Of a DNA stretch of 64,000 nt, positions 15,436-29,767 are shown in pieces; within the stretch, counting starts at the first letter, position 1, and every line of letters starts with the position of its first letter. The position numbers and the translations under genes are program-made. The DNA is from the human T2T-CHM13v2.0 reference genome, Homo sapiens: NCBI RefSeq assembly GCF_009914755.1, contig NC_060936.1; one strand, 5' to 3'. A model generated the notes under the pieces. The model was not told the DNA's origin. It made no database searches and saw only the letters and a program-made list of their open reading frames with translations.

Positions 15436-15949
15436 AAGAAAAAAATGAGAAATGACAAAGTGTACTTCAAAAGTACCAAAAATAGTACTAAAAAATAGGC
15501 AGGGCTCCCTGCTGATGCCCTCAGCAATGTTAAATAGTTCAGCACTAATTTTTAATTTTGGTGAAAGAATTTTTTTTTGGAATTTGTACACTCATTTTTA
15601 AAAGCAGGTCAATATTTCTTTATAGCCCTTTATTTATTCTGCCTTTAATAAAATAAAGTTCACTTATATCAATCCAATCTTTCCAAACTAAGCCATTCTG
15701 AAGGATAAAAAAAAAATTTTGCATAATTATAGAATGCTTATGTTTTAAACTACTTAGTTTTATAAGCACCAGTGAGTAAACAAACATCACATGATAAAAA
15801 CAGCAAAGTCACATTAAAGGTGTTTATTCAATATACACAAAACAAAAGAATAAAATCAAAATACAGAAGTTGTTTATCATTTAAATCAATTGTCAAACCT
15901 GTTGTAGGTATAGGATTGACGCCAAAATAACAGTGATTTCCGTTTACTC

Positions 15950-16135
15950 TGACAAGCAGCATCATAAGGCATTTGTGTACATGATTTCTAGTGTTCTCAA
16001 TAGCTCTGCAGAGGAGACATTATTATTTCTACTTTAGAGCTGAAGATACTGAAGCTTGAGGAGGTGTGAAGTGATCTGTATGAGAACACGTATCCACTAA
16101 ACGAGGGCTTCAGTAAAAACGATTTGTCTGACATC
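15950..16135 (-). mobile_element. MIR fragment
   Basis: attatttctactttagagctgaagatactgaagcttgaggagg core. Confidence 0.55.
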
Positions 16136-16438
16136 ACGACCACAGCACAACTCACACACTGCCCTAAGATCATTTCTCTTTTAATACTTCCAAATACCCA
16201 CATATTCATAAAAATGTTTGCTGAGTCGAATCGAAAGTGGACAGGTACACAATTCATCAGGAGATAAGTTAGCAAAAGCAGCCACTTTACCTCTTTAACT
16301 ACGTTTCTTCTACAGTAAAAGTAAAATTGTTCCCTTAAAGTCCATCAAGGTGATCAATATTGTTTTTATTTAGTGTAGACTTTCTCTGTTTGCTTTTTAT
16401 GAAAAATAGGACATTTACCAGGTCCTCAGCATCCATAC

Positions 16439-16633
16439 CTTGATACCTCTTGCACCGGCCAACTTCTTAATCCAAACATTCTGCCTAATATAAACAGTTC
16501 TGCAGTCTAGCATGGAATAATGGTTTTTCAGGAGCAATTCCTTTAGACAATTAGAAGCTTCTTCATGATTTTTTTCTCATATTATATGCTGCCATATGGT
16601 AACAAGAGTCTACCCAGCATAGCATATGGAAAA
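16439..16633 (-). pseudogene. Pseudo-exon, 195 bp, TPR-like
   Basis: Phase 0-0, aag|gtatgg; FSICYAG*TLVTIWQHII*EKNHEEASNCLKELLLKNHYSMLDCRTVYIRQNVWIKKLAGARGIK. Confidence 0.55.
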
Positions 16634-17009
16634 CTTGCCATGCATGGGAAAACATTAAAGAAAAAATATAGAAACAAGTGATGTTGCCATTGCTCATACC
16701 ACTGCATAAGAAAATTGCTTGCCACTGGTGCCAAAGCATAAGTAGTTTAACATATCTCTTATGTGTGATTTCTATTTTATGTTTAAGTCTGGGTTACTAA
16801 GTAATACCCTGCCAGTATTGATCCCTATTTTGATACTAGTTGAACAAAAATGTTTTTATACCTGATTAGTGGCCTAGCATGGCCAATCCAGAATGCTTTC
16901 TCTCTCCTCCTTGGGAAGCCTCTTCTATTCTTAATTTTCATTTATATCACCAATGAATTAGTTTCTCACAGTTAGTATTTTCAAACCATTCTCATTTCAA
17001 ACCATTCTC

Positions 17010-17692
17010 AATTACTTCTTCTCCCTCACCTCTCATGTCCAACCAGACAAAAAAAATCCCATCAGTTTTATTTAATACCTTTGAATGTAGCTTGTCTTTT
17101 CAATCTTATTGCCTTTACATTCAAGCACTTATTCTTACTTCAAAAACTGGAATTACTGTCTGTTTTCTCCTACCTAGACCTAGTATTTCCTCTCATCAAT
17201 CCAAAGTCAAGCGCAGCTAGAGTTACGTTTCAGAGAACAATATAGATCAAGTCACTTCTGTCTTTCAAAATTTCTGTTTGACAGATAGTAAGGAATTAGA
17301 CCTAAAATTATTAGCATAACAGCTCAGGGCTTCATCATCCAATACAAATGAATCACATTTTCATGAGCACTACACTCCCAGAAGACCATTTTTCTCACCT
17401 TTTCCTCAGACACATCAGATGATCTTGTATCTTTCTATCTCCTGTAAACTAATCCTCCTGTGCCCTAGAAGGTCCTTGATCCACCATCTTACCTTGCAAA
17501 TTCCAGCTCATATGTGAAGTGTCTTCCCCAAGGATGATTAATTGCTTCTTCCATTCCTTCATAGCTCATAGAGGGTACTGTCAGTTATCTGTTTATAAGT
17601 CTGAGTAAACCTTTCTGAGAAGTCCAGGGCAGAGATAAACCTTATGTCTGACAACTTAAAAGGCACTTAGCGGATAATTGCTGAATAAATAA
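17010..17692 (+). mobile_element. L2 fragment
   Basis: L2-like body ending ggcacttag...ttgctgaataaat. Confidence 0.5.
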
Positions 17693-17758
17693 GAGAGAAA
17701 ATCAAATAATTAGTGCTTAACTGTATCTGTTTTATAGAGTTCTAATTTCAACACATAC

Positions 17759-17785
17759 GGAGTTATTTAAAGTTGACTTCGAAAA
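17759..17785 (-). pseudogene. Pseudo mini-exon candidate, 27 bp
   Basis: tttaacttacag...|gtatgt; FSKSTLNNS. Confidence 0.45.
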
Positions 17786-20700
17786 CTGTAAGTTAAATTA
17801 GTTTGGGAGACCTGGGGATTGATCCAACCTGCCCATCACCACCAACACCTACACATGCTATCTGGGAACCTGAGGACAGGCCTATCCTGCCCACAGCTGC
17901 CACCACTGGTGCCTGAGGACCAGCCGAGGAAAGCCTCCAGCATTGGTGTCTCTATCTTCAGCAAAGCCTCACCACAGCCTCCAATAAAAACTGCAGTTAC
18001 AGAGATGACTGACATTAATGACTGCTGAAGAAATCATAATGAGACTATACTACACTGCCAACCCAGAATCAAAGCTAAAGCACTCCCACCCAACCAACAC
18101 TAGAGATACATCTGAAAAAAAGTCCCTATGGAAGTCAGTTCATAAAATTAGAAGATGAATAGATATCAGTGTAGGGAGGCAAGAATTATGAAAATTCAAG
18201 AAAACGTGACACCTTCAAAGGAATACAATAATTCTCCCAAATAAAAGAAAATTTGTGTAATGTCTAAAAACAAATTTAAAATAATATTTTTTTAACTCAG
18301 TGAGATACAACAGAACACAGTAAAACAATATAAAGAAATCAGGAAAACAATTTACTGTTCAAATGAGAAATTTAATGAAGACATAAATAACATTTTAAAA
18401 AACAAAAATTCTAAAACTGAAGAATTCAATGAGTGAAATAAGAAATACAATTGAGAGGTTTGACAGTAGACTAGATCAAGCCAGAAGAAAGAATTTCTGA
18501 GCTCGGAGATAGTTATTAGTATTATTATTTTTTAAATAAACCAGTCTGAAGAAGATATAGGAAAAAAGAGCAAAAATGAAGAAAGCCTATGTTACATATT
18601 GGACACAATAAAATGACCAAATTTTTAAAATTCTGAATGTTTCAGAAGGACAAGAAATAAGTAAAGACAAAAAAAAAAAAAACCCTATTTAAAAATAATA
18701 GTAGCTGAAAATTTCCCAAGTCTTGTGAGAGATATAGACATCCAGATACACAAAGCTCAAAGATCCCTAAATACATTGAACCTAAAAAGGTTTCCTCCAA
18801 GGCAAATTATATTCAAAATGTCAAAAGAAAAAAAAAAGAATTCTAAAAACAACAAGAGAAAAGTGTCAAGTCACATATAAGAAAATTCTCATCAGACTAA
18901 CAAGATTTTTCAGCAGAAACCTCACAAGACAGGAAAGAATTGAATTATGTACTCAAAGTGCTGAAAGAAAAAAACTGCAAGCCAAGAATATGCAACTCAG
19001 AAAAGTCTTTCTTCAAAAATGAAGGTGAAGTCTTTTCCAGACAAAGAAAAACTGAGGGAATTCATAACCATTAGATCAGCCCTATAAGAAATAATTAAGG
19101 ACACTTAAGGATACTTATTTCCTACATTTGGAAATAAATGGACAATAACTACCATCATAAAAACACACCAAAATATAAAACTCACTGGTAGAGCAGATAC
19201 ACAAATCAGAAAGACAAAAAGCCAAACACTATCACTATAGAAAACTACCAAACCACAATGATAAGAGAAGAAGAAAGAAAGAAAAAATGTACAAAACAAC
19301 CTGAAAACAATTAACAAAATGAGTGGAATAAGTTTTCACTTATCAATAATAACCTTAAATGCAAATGGATCAAATTCCCCACTTAAAAGATATTCACTGG
19401 CTGAACAAATGAAAGAACAAAACCCAACTATACGCTGCCTACTAGAAACTCACTTTACACATAAAGATAAAAAGTGAAGGGATGGAATAAGATATACCAC
19501 ACAAATGGAAACCAGAACTAAGCCTAACATATGGAGTAGCTACACTTATATCAATAAAACAAACTTTAAGTCGAAAACTGTAAAATGAGGCAAAAAAGTC
19601 ATTATATTATAATAAAGGAATCAATCCAAGAGGATATAATGTTTCTAAATATATATGTATGCTCAACACTAAAGAACTCAGAAATACAAAGCAAATATTA
19701 GACTTAAAGGGAGAGATACACTCCAAGTAACAGTTGAAGACTTTAACACCTCACTCTAAGAATTGGGCAGACCATCTATTCAGAAATAAAAAAGAAATGT
19801 TGGATTTATGCTGTCCTTTAGACCAAATGGGTCTAACAGACATTTATAGAACATTTCATCAAACAGCTGCAGAATTCACTTTCTTCTCATCAGCACATGG
19901 AACACTCCCCAGGACAGAACATACACTAGGCCACAAAAAAGTTCTTAACAAATTTTTAAAGACTTAAATTATATCAAGTACCTTCTTAGACAACAATGGA
20001 ACAAAATTATAAATCAATACCAAGAAGAATTTTGGAAATTGTAAAAATACATGAGAATTAAACAACATGCTTCTTAATGACCAGTGAGTCAATAAAGAAA
20101 TTAAGAAGGAAACTTAAAATTCCTTGAAACTAATAAAAATTCAAACACAACATACCAAAACCTATGGATACATCAAAAGCAGTGCTAAGAGAGAAGTTTA
20201 TTACAATAAATGCTATATCAAGGAAGTAGAAAGATTTCAAATAAACAAACTATAATGCACACCAAGGAACTAGAAAAGCAAAAACAAACCAAATCCGAAA
20301 TTAGTAAAAGAAAAGAAATATTACAGATCAGAACAGAACTAAATAAAATAGAGATTAAAAAATACAAAGGACCAACAGAACAAAAAAAGTTCGTTTTTGA
20401 AAAGATAAACAAAATTGATAAACTGCTAGCTAGAATAACCAAAAAGAGAAAAGCAAAGGTCTAAATAAATATAATAATAAACAAAAAAGAAGACATTCTA
20501 CCACAGAAATTCTAAGAATTATTAGAGACTATTATAAGCAACTGTACACTAAGAAATTGGAAAACCTGGAGAAAATGGATAAACCACCGGACACATACAA
20601 GCTAGCAAGATTAAACCAAGAAGACATAGAAAATCTCAACAGACCAATAATGAGTAATGAGATCGAATTAGTAATAAAAAGTTTCCCAACAAAGAAAAGC

Positions 20701-21548
20701 TCAGCACTGGATGACTTTACAGCCTAATTCTACTAAATAAGGACTAACCTAAATTCTTCTCAAAGTAGTCCAATAATATTGATGAGGTAAAATGTCTAAG
20801 TCATTCTACCAAGCCAGTATTACCTGATAACAATACTAGACAAGAACACAGCAACAAAAAATAGGCTACTATCCCTGATAAACATAGATGCAAAAATCCT
20901 CAACAAAATGCCATTAAAGCAAACCCAACAACACATCAAAAAGATAATATAGCATGATAAAGTGGGATTTAATCCAGGAATGCAAAAATGATTCAACACA
21001 TGCAGACTAACAAATGTGATAATGCACATCAGCAAAGCAAAGGACAGAAACATATGATGATCTAATTTGACACAGAAAAAGCAACCGGTAAAATTCAACA
21101 TCCTTTTATCATAAAAACTCTTAACAGATTAGGAATAGAAGAAACACACCTCAACATAATAATGACCAAATATTACAAACCCACAGCTAACATCATATTG
21201 AATGTAGAAAAGCTAAAAGCCTTTCCTCTAAGAAGTGGAACAAGACAAGGATGCCAACTATCACGTTTTACTTAAGATAGCACTGAAAGTCTTAAAATAA
21301 TTAGGTAAGAGAAAGATATAAAAGTCATGCAAATTGGAAAAGAGAAAGTCAAATTATCTCTTTTGCAGAAGGCATTATTTTATATACAAAAAACCTACAG
21401 ATTTCACCAAGAAATTCTTACAAATTACAAACAAATCTATTAAAACTCAAGATACAAAATCAACATACAAAAATGATTAACAATTTAGTATACCAATAAC
21501 AAACTAGCTGAAAGAAATCAAGAAAGCATTCCCATGTACAATACCTAC

Positions 21549-24500
21549 TGTGATAGTTAATATTAAGTGTCAACTTGATTGAATTGAGAATTGTAAAGTA
21601 TTGTTTCTGGTTGTGTCTGTGAGGGTGTTGCCAGAGGAGATTAACATTTGAGTCAGTAGACTGGGAGAGGCAGACCCACCCTCAATCTGGATGGGCACCA
21701 TCCAATCGGCTGCCAGCACAGCTAGAAAAAGTAGGGGGGAAAAGGTGGAATAAGCAGACTTGCTGTGTCTTCCAGCCTTCATCTTTCTCCCATACTGGAT
21801 GCTTCCTGCCCTTGAACATCAGACTCCAAGTTCTTTGGCTTTTGGACTCTTGGACTTACACCAGTGGTTTGCCAGGGACTCCTGGGCCTTTGTAGACAGA
21901 CTGAAGTCTACACTTTTGGCTTCCCTACTTTTGAGGCTTTGGGACTCAGACTGAGCCAGTACTGGCTTCCTTGTTCCTCAGCTTGCAGACAGCCTACTGT
22001 GGGACACCACCTTGTGATCTTGTGAGTTAATTCTCCTTAGTAAACTCCCTTTTGTATATACATCTATCCTATTAGTTCTGTCCCTCTAGAGAATCCTGAC
22101 TAATACAGATTTTGATAACAGGAGTAGTCCTTGAGGAACAAAATTTTAAGAATGGATTTCTTTAGTTCGTTTTGGGGTTTCTGAAGTTGGCTTCTTAATC
22201 TAAGAAGACCCAAAAATGCTAAAGACTGTACTTCAAGTTGTATGCAGAACACTGATAGTCCTTGGCATGAACTGTTTAGAGAGCTATGCAAAATAAATGC
22301 ATTCGATGCTCCTAATTCACCACTCCTGAGAGGTGATATGGTTTGGCTGTGTTCCCACCCAAATCTCATCTTGAATTGTAGTTCCCATAATTCCCACATG
22401 TTGTGGGAGGAACCCAGCCATAGATAATTGAATCATGGGGACAGTTTCCCCCATACTGTTCTCGTGGTAGTGAATAAGTCTCATGAGATCAGATGGTTTT
22501 ATAAAGGTTTCCACTATCCCCTGGCTCTCATGCTTTCTTGTCTGCTGCCACGTAAGACATGCTTTCCACCATGATTGTGTCTCCCCAGCCATGTGGAACT
22601 GAGTCCATTAAACGTCTTTTTCTTTATAAATTACCCAGTCTCAGGTATGTCTTTATCAGCAGCATGAGAACCAACTAATACAAGAGGCAAGGAATTTACT
22701 GACTCCATACATAATACTTTTGAACATATGTGGAGAACCAAGGAATATAATGAAGTTGGTTGGTTGTTCCTAAATTCACTGGACAAAGTGATGAAAGAAA
22801 AGACTAACCTCAAAAATTCTAACTCCCAGCTCCAGAAGCAAATACTAAGCCTCAAATCTTCTAAGATTGTCCTAAGTGAGAGTCTTATCTCATGTAGACA
22901 AAGGGCTGAAATTGTGGAAAATTAGACACAAGCTCTTATGTGAATGGCTGACCTGCAATGAAAAGTGCATGCACAGCCTCACCAGGTGTCTACTGCTAAA
23001 GTAGACAGTGAAGTGTCTAAAATGAAGGCAGTTATTGGAAAAGAATGGGACCCTGCAACTTGGAACGGGATGTGTGGGAGGACCCTGATGAAGCTGGGAG
23101 CACTGAGCTTGTAAAGTCTGATGAGACTCTTTTTGCCAGAGGAAACAGTCTCCCCAACTTCAGTGGTGGCAACCTCCCTTTCCTCACCCCAGCTGCCATC
23201 AGCCTTTCCGTCTTTATCTGAGGAGACTAGCCCTGCACTGTCTGAGACAACAGTGATGGCCCCAACTGAGAAGTTGCCAGACAAGACAATGCTGATTCTC
23301 CTCAGGACACACCCCCTCCACCCTTTTTGCTTCTAGATCTATAACTAGACTCAAGTCCTGGCAGGCCCTTAGAAGTGATGTTGAAAGTATCACCCATGAG
23401 GAGGTGCACTACACTCCAAAAGAACTGCTTGAGTTTTCTAATTTATATAAACAGAAACCTAAAGAACAGGCATGTGAATGAATATTAAGGGTGTGGGATA
23501 ATGATGGAAGGAACATAAAGTTGAACACTAAGAAGAGATTTTACATTTAATGTTGCAGCTCAGGGAGCTTTTAAAAAGCTCCTAATAGTTTATTTCCTTG
23601 GTTAGCTGAAACATGGATCAAAAGATGGCTCACTATGAGTGAGCTGGAAATGCCTGATCTCCCTTGGTTTAATATAGAGAAAGGGACCCAAAGGCTTAGG
23701 GAGATTGGAATGTTAGAGTGGATTAGTCACTTTAGACCTACTCAACCCAGCTGGGAGGGTCCAGAAGACATACCTTTTACCAATACTTTGTAAAATAGAT
23801 TTTTCAGAGGAGCACCTTCATCCTTGAAGTGCTCTGTGATTTTTCACCTCTGTATGCCAGATCTTACAGTGGGAACCACAGTCACTCAATTGGAAAACTT
23901 TGATGCCATGGGAATAATTGGATTCTGAGCTGGCAGGGTTCAAGTGGTGGCACCAAAGGCAAGGTCAATGTAGTTACCATAATGGACAGCAAAGGCAAAG
24001 CAGCAATTAGAATAGTCAGTCTTGTGTAGAGATCTGGCATTGGCTAATTAGTCATGGTGTTCCTGGAAGTGAAATTGATAGAAAGCCTACCACATTCTTA
24101 CCTAATTTGGATAAGCAGAAAACTTTCAGGTCTGGTAGACAAAAGACTACATTTGAATTATAAAAACAGAAAATCACAACCCTCAATCAATTTCCAGACT
24201 TGACCCAGTATACAGATCCAGAACCCCTTGAATGAAGGGGAGGCCAGGTCCCCTTGAGGAAGGACTCCACTACACTAATGAAAATTTATACTGTTAATCT
24301 TTCTTCCATCCTTTCCCAAGGAGACCCATGGCCTTTTACTGGGGTAACTGTGCATTGGGGAAAGGGGAATGATCATACCTTTTGGGATCTACTGGACACT
24401 GGCTCTGAGCTGACATTGATTCTAGGACACCCAAAACATCATTGTGGTCCTCCAGTTAGAGTAGGGGCTTATGGAGGTTAAGTAATTAATGGAGTTTTAG

Positions 24501-24786
24501 CTAAGTTCCAACTTACAGTGGGTCTAGTGGGTCTCTGAACTCATCCTGTGGTCATTTTTCCTAGTGCCAAAAGGCATAAATGAAATAGACATACTTAGCA
24601 GCTGGCAGAATGCCCACATTGGCTCCCTGACCAGTAGGGTTAGGACTATTATGTTGAGAAAGGCCAAATGGAAGCCATTAGAGCTGCCTCTACCTAGAAA
24701 ATAGTAAATCAAAAACAATATTGCATCCCTACATGGATTGCAGAGATTAATGCCACCATCAAAAACTTGACAGACATAGGGGTGGT
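21549..24786 (+). mobile_element. HERVL provirus 5' half: MLT2A-type LTR 21549-22107 plus gag/pro remnant
   Basis: tgtgatagttaatatt...ctgactaataca LTR; protease motif LLDTGSELTLI in ORF 24254..24481; truncated at the start of RT. Confidence 0.9.
22334..22682 (+). mobile_element. THE1 (B/C) solo LTR inside HERVL
   Basis: tgatatggtttggctgtg...actaataca; 5-bp TSD agagg. Confidence 0.92.
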
Positions 24787-27568
24787 AAAATACAAAAAAA
24801 TCATTGAAGGCTACTATGAACTAATTCATGCACATAAATTAGGAACCTAGAGGAGATGAATAAATTTCTAGAAATATACAACCCTCCTATATTAAACTGG
24901 GAAAAAATAGAAACTCTGAGCAGACTAATAACAAGCAGCAAGATTGAAATGGTAATTAAAAAGTTATCAACAAAAACAAAAAATTCCAGGACCAGACAGA
25001 TTCACAGCTGAATCCTATCAGACATTCAAAGAATTAGTATCATTCCTATTGACACTATTCCAGAAGACAGAGAAAGAGGGAATCCTCCCTAAATCATTTT
25101 TTGAAGCCAATATCACCCTAATACCAAAACCAGGAAAAGACATAACAAAAAAGGAAAACTACAGACCAGTATCCCTGATGAACACAGATGCAAAAATCCT
25201 CAACAAAATACTAGCCAACCAAATCCAACAGCATATCAAAAAGATAATCCACCATGATCAAGAGAGTTTTATTCAAAGGATGCAGGGATAGTTTAACATA
25301 CGTAAGTCAATAAATGTGATACACCACATAAACAGATTTTAAAACAAAAAACACATCATCATCTCAACAGACACAGAAAAAGCATTTGACAAAATCCAGC
25401 ATCACTTTATGATTAAAAACCTCAGTAAAATCAGTATAAAAGGACAGAGCTTAAGGTGATAAAAGCCATCTTTGACAAACCCACAGCCAACATTATACTG
25501 AACGACAAAAAGTTGAAAGCATTCCCCCTGAGAACTAGAACAAGAGAAGGATGCCCATTTTCACCACTTCTATTCAACATACTACCGAAGTCATAGCCAG
25601 AGCAATAGGATAAGAGAAAGAAATAAAGGGCAATCAAATTGATAACGAGGAAGTCACACTGTCATTGCTTGCTGATAACATGATCATATACCTAGAAAAT
25701 CCTAACGACTCATCCAAAAAGCACCTAGAACTGGTAAATGAATTCAGCAAATCTTCAAGATATAAAATTAATGTACACAAATCAGTAGCTCTGCTATACC
25801 TTAACAGCAACCACACTGAGAATCAAATCAAGACAATCACTTTTACAATAGCTGCAAAAATAAAATATTTAGGAATATACTTACCCAAGGAGGTGAAAGA
25901 CCACTACAAGAAAAACTACAAAACACAGCTGAAAGAAATTATAGATGACACAAACAAGTGGAAACACATCCCATGCTCATGGAAGGGTAGAATCAATATT
26001 GTGAAAATAACCATACTGACAAAAAGCAACCTATAGATTTAAAGCAATTCTTATCAAAATCATCATTCTTCACAGAACTAGAAGAAACAATACTAACATT
26101 TATATGGAACCAAAAAGAGCCTGCATAGCCAAAGCAAGACTAAGCAAAAAGAACAAATCTGGAGGCATCACATTACCCAACTTCAAACTATACCATAAGG
26201 CCATAGTTACCAAAACAGCATGGTACTGGTATAAAAATAGGCATATAGACCAATGGAACATAACAGAGAACCCAGAAATAAAGCCAAATTCTTACAGTCA
26301 ACTGATATTCGAAAAAGCAAACAAAAATATAAAGTGGGGAAAGGACACCCTATTCAACAAATGTTGCTGTAGAATAATAATAATAAAAGAATAATAATGT
26401 AGAAGAATAAAAATGGTTCCTCATCTCTCACGCTCTACAAAAGTCAACTCTAGATGGATCAAAGACTTTAAGACCTGAAACCCCTAAAAATTCTAGAAGA
26501 TAACATTGGAAAAACTTTTCTAGATATTGGCTTAGACAAAGACATCACAACCAAGAACCCAAGAGTAAATGCAACAAAAAGAAAGATAACTAGATAAGAC
26601 TTAATTAAACTAAAAAGCTTCTACACCGCAAAAGAAATAATCAGCAGAGTTAACAGACAACCCACAGCGTGGGATAAAATCTTCTAAATCTATACATCTG
26701 ACAAAGAACTTTTATCCAAAATCTGCAAGAAACTCAAACAAATCAGCAAGAAAAAAAAATAACCCCATCAAAAAGTGAGCCAAGGACATGAATAGACAGT
26801 TCTCAAAAGAAGATATACAAATTGCCAACAAACATATGAAAAAATGCTCAACTTCACTAATGATCAGGGAAATACAAAGCAAAACCACAATGTGATACCA
26901 CCTCACACCTGCAAGAATGGCCATAATAAAAAATAAAAAATAATAGATGTTGACATGGATGTGGTGAAAAGGGAACACTTTTACACTGTTGGTGGGAATG
27001 TAAACTAGTACAATCACTGAGGAAAACAGTGGAAATTCCTTAAAGAACTAAAAGTAGTACTATCATTTGATCCAGCAATCCCACTCCTGGGTATCTAACC
27101 ACAGGAAAATAAGTCATTATACGAAAAAGGTACCTGCACACACATGTTTATAGCAGCACAATTTACAATTGCAAAAATATAGAACCAGCCCAAATGCCTA
27201 CCATGGAATACTATGCAGCCATAAAAAAATGGGATCATGTCTTTTGCATGAACATGGATGCAGCTGGAGGCTATTATCCTCAGAAAACTAATGCAGGAAC
27301 AGAAAACCAAATACTACAGGTTCTCCCTTATAAGTGGGAGCTAAATTATGAGAACTTATGAACACAAAGAAGGAAACGACAGACACTGGGGTCAACTTTA
27401 GGGTGGAGGATGGGAGGAAGAAGAAAAGCAGAAAAAATAACTATCAGGTACTGGGCTTAATTCCTGGGTGAATAACATATACAACAAACCCTCATGACAT
27501 GAGTTTACCTATATAACAAACCTTCACATATACCCCTGAACTTAAAATAGAAGTTAAAATAAAGAAGA
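24787..27568 (+). mobile_element. 5'-truncated L1PB-type ORF2 with an old-L1PA-type 3' end
   Basis: ORF2 RT fragments ([22 protein letters not shown]; [11 protein letters not shown]); 3' UTR and A tail. Confidence 0.85.
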
Positions 27569-28392
27569 AACAATCCACAATTTCACATGGCACCATAAAA
27601 AAATCCCAAATAGCCAAAGCAATGCAGAGGAAAATAAAAAGCTGGAAGCATCACACTACATGACTTTGAAATATACTGCTAAACTACGATAGCCAAAACA
27701 ACGTGGTATTGGTATAAAACAGACATATAGACCAAGTGAACAGAATAGAGAACCCAGAAATAAGTCTTCATATTTACAGCCAACTGGATTTTGACAAAGA
27801 TCCCGTGAACATACGTTGAGGAAAGGACACCTTCTTTAATAAGTGGTGCTAGAAAAAATGGATATTCATATGCTGAAGAATGAAACTGGACCCCTGCCCA
27901 TCACCATATACAAAAACTGAACCAAAATGGATTAAATATTTAAATGTAAGACTTGAAGGTATAAATTTACTAGAATAAAACATTGGGGAATTTTTTTAGG
28001 ACATTGGTTTGGGCAAAGATTTCTTGAGTAAGACCTTGAAAGCATAGGTAACTAAAATGAAAACTGATAAATGGGATTACATCAAGCCAGAAAGCTTTTG
28101 CACAGCAAAGTAAACAATCAACAAGATGAAGAAATGGGGGAAAGTATTTGTAAACTTTCATCCAACAAGGGATTAATATCAATAATATACAAATAATTAA
28201 ACTCAATAACAAAAAATCCCATTAAAAAGCAGGCAAGGATATGATCAGCCATTTCTCAAAAAAGACATACAACAGGCTGATAAGTTTATGAAGAAATGCT
28301 CAATATCACTAATCATTAGGTAAATACAAATAAAGCCCACAATGAGACATTATCTCATCTCAGAATGGCTATTATCAAAAAGAGAAAAAATA

Positions 28393-28676
28393 GGCCAGGC
28401 ACGGTGGCTCACACCTGTAATCCCAGCACCTTGGGAGGCTGAGGTGGGCAGATCACCTGAGGTCAGGAATTCGAGACCAGCCTGGCCAACATGGCGAAAC
28501 CCTGTCTCTACTAAAAATTTTTAAAATTAGCCGGGCACAGTGGCACATGCCTGTGTTCCCAGCTACTTGGGAGGCTGAGTCAGTAGAATCACTTGAATCT
28601 GGGAGGCAGAGGTTGCTGGCAGCCAAGATTACATCACTGCACCCCAGCCTGGGTGACAGAGCAAGACTCTGTCTCA
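28393..28676 (+). mobile_element. AluSx-like
   Basis: Full dimer; TSD aaaaagagaaaaaata. Confidence 0.92.
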
Positions 28677-29484
28677 AAAAAGAGAAAAAATAGGAAATGT
28701 TGGCAAGGTTGCACAGAAAGGGAACACAAATACTGTTGCTGCAAATATAAATTAGTACAGATATTATGAAAAACAGTATGGGGATTTGTCAAAAAAACTA
28801 AAAATAGAACTACCATTTGATCCAACAATCCACTACTGCGTATTTATCCAAAATAAAACAAATCAGTATATCAAAGGAAGATTTTCACTCCTATGTTTAC
28901 TGTAACATTATTCATAATAGCCAAGATATGGAATCAACCTGCGTGTCCATCAACAAATGAGTGAATAAAGAAAATGTGCTATATAGGCACAATGGAATAG
29001 TGTTTAGTCATAAAAAGAATAAATGTCCTCTTATTTGCAGCAACAGGGATGGAACTAGAGATTAATATGTTAAGCAAAATAAGCCAGGCATGGAAAGACA
29101 AAGATTGCATGTCCTCACTCATATGTAGGAGCTAAAGTTTATCTCAAGGATACAGAGAGTAGAATGATGATTACCAGAGGCTGGGAAGAGTGGAGAGGGG
29201 GAGGATAAAGAGAGGTTGGTAAATGAGTACAAGCATACATTTAGACAGAAGGAATAAGTTCTAGTGTTTGATAGCATAATAATGTAACTATAGTTAACAA
29301 CAGTTTATTGTATATTTCAAAATCTCTAGAACAGTTGAAATGTTCCCAACAAATGTTTTAGGTGATGGATATCCTAAATACCCTGATTTGATCATGACAC
29401 ATTGTATGCATGCATCAAAATATCACATGTACCCCATAAATATGTACAATTATTATGGATCAATAAAAATGTAGTCTTTATTAC

Positions 29485-29767
29485 CAACTAATACTTTTTA
29501 AAGGAAAAAACATTTATGGGTGCAATATCACATAATTTTTCACAAATGAACTCAATTTATTAAAAGGATACCCCAAATACAGTTTAATATCAACTCATTA
29601 TCATAATAACTAGGTCTTCTAGGTAGTCATAACTGGAAGCTAGAACGTCTCTTCCCCACACATTTTTTTTTGTTCTTTTATTTAATACAACAGCAGTCCT
29701 TGCAAGTTAGCTGCTACAGATTGTTAGAATCCCTCTGAATTTCAGATTCGATTACAAATATTATTTG
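29485..29767 (-). pseudogene. Pseudo-exon candidate
   Basis: tatttag acceptor, phase 1; ANNICNRI*NSEGF... and DNELILNCIWGILLIN; 3' end uncertain. Confidence 0.4.

Larger units (their letters stand above)
17805..29470 (+). mobile_element. Near full-length L1MA-type element (segments 17805-21548 and about 27570-29470)
   Basis: 5' UTR, decayed ORF1, ORF2 from about 19318, L1MA-type 3' UTR ending atgtaccccataaatatgtacaattattat. Confidence 0.85.

Noticed and set aside
16979-17010. 16-bp tandem duplication tttcaaaccattctca x2 (similar ones near 57590-57630 and 63739-63805)
   Set aside because: Ordinary slippage duplications with no spacers; not CRISPR-like
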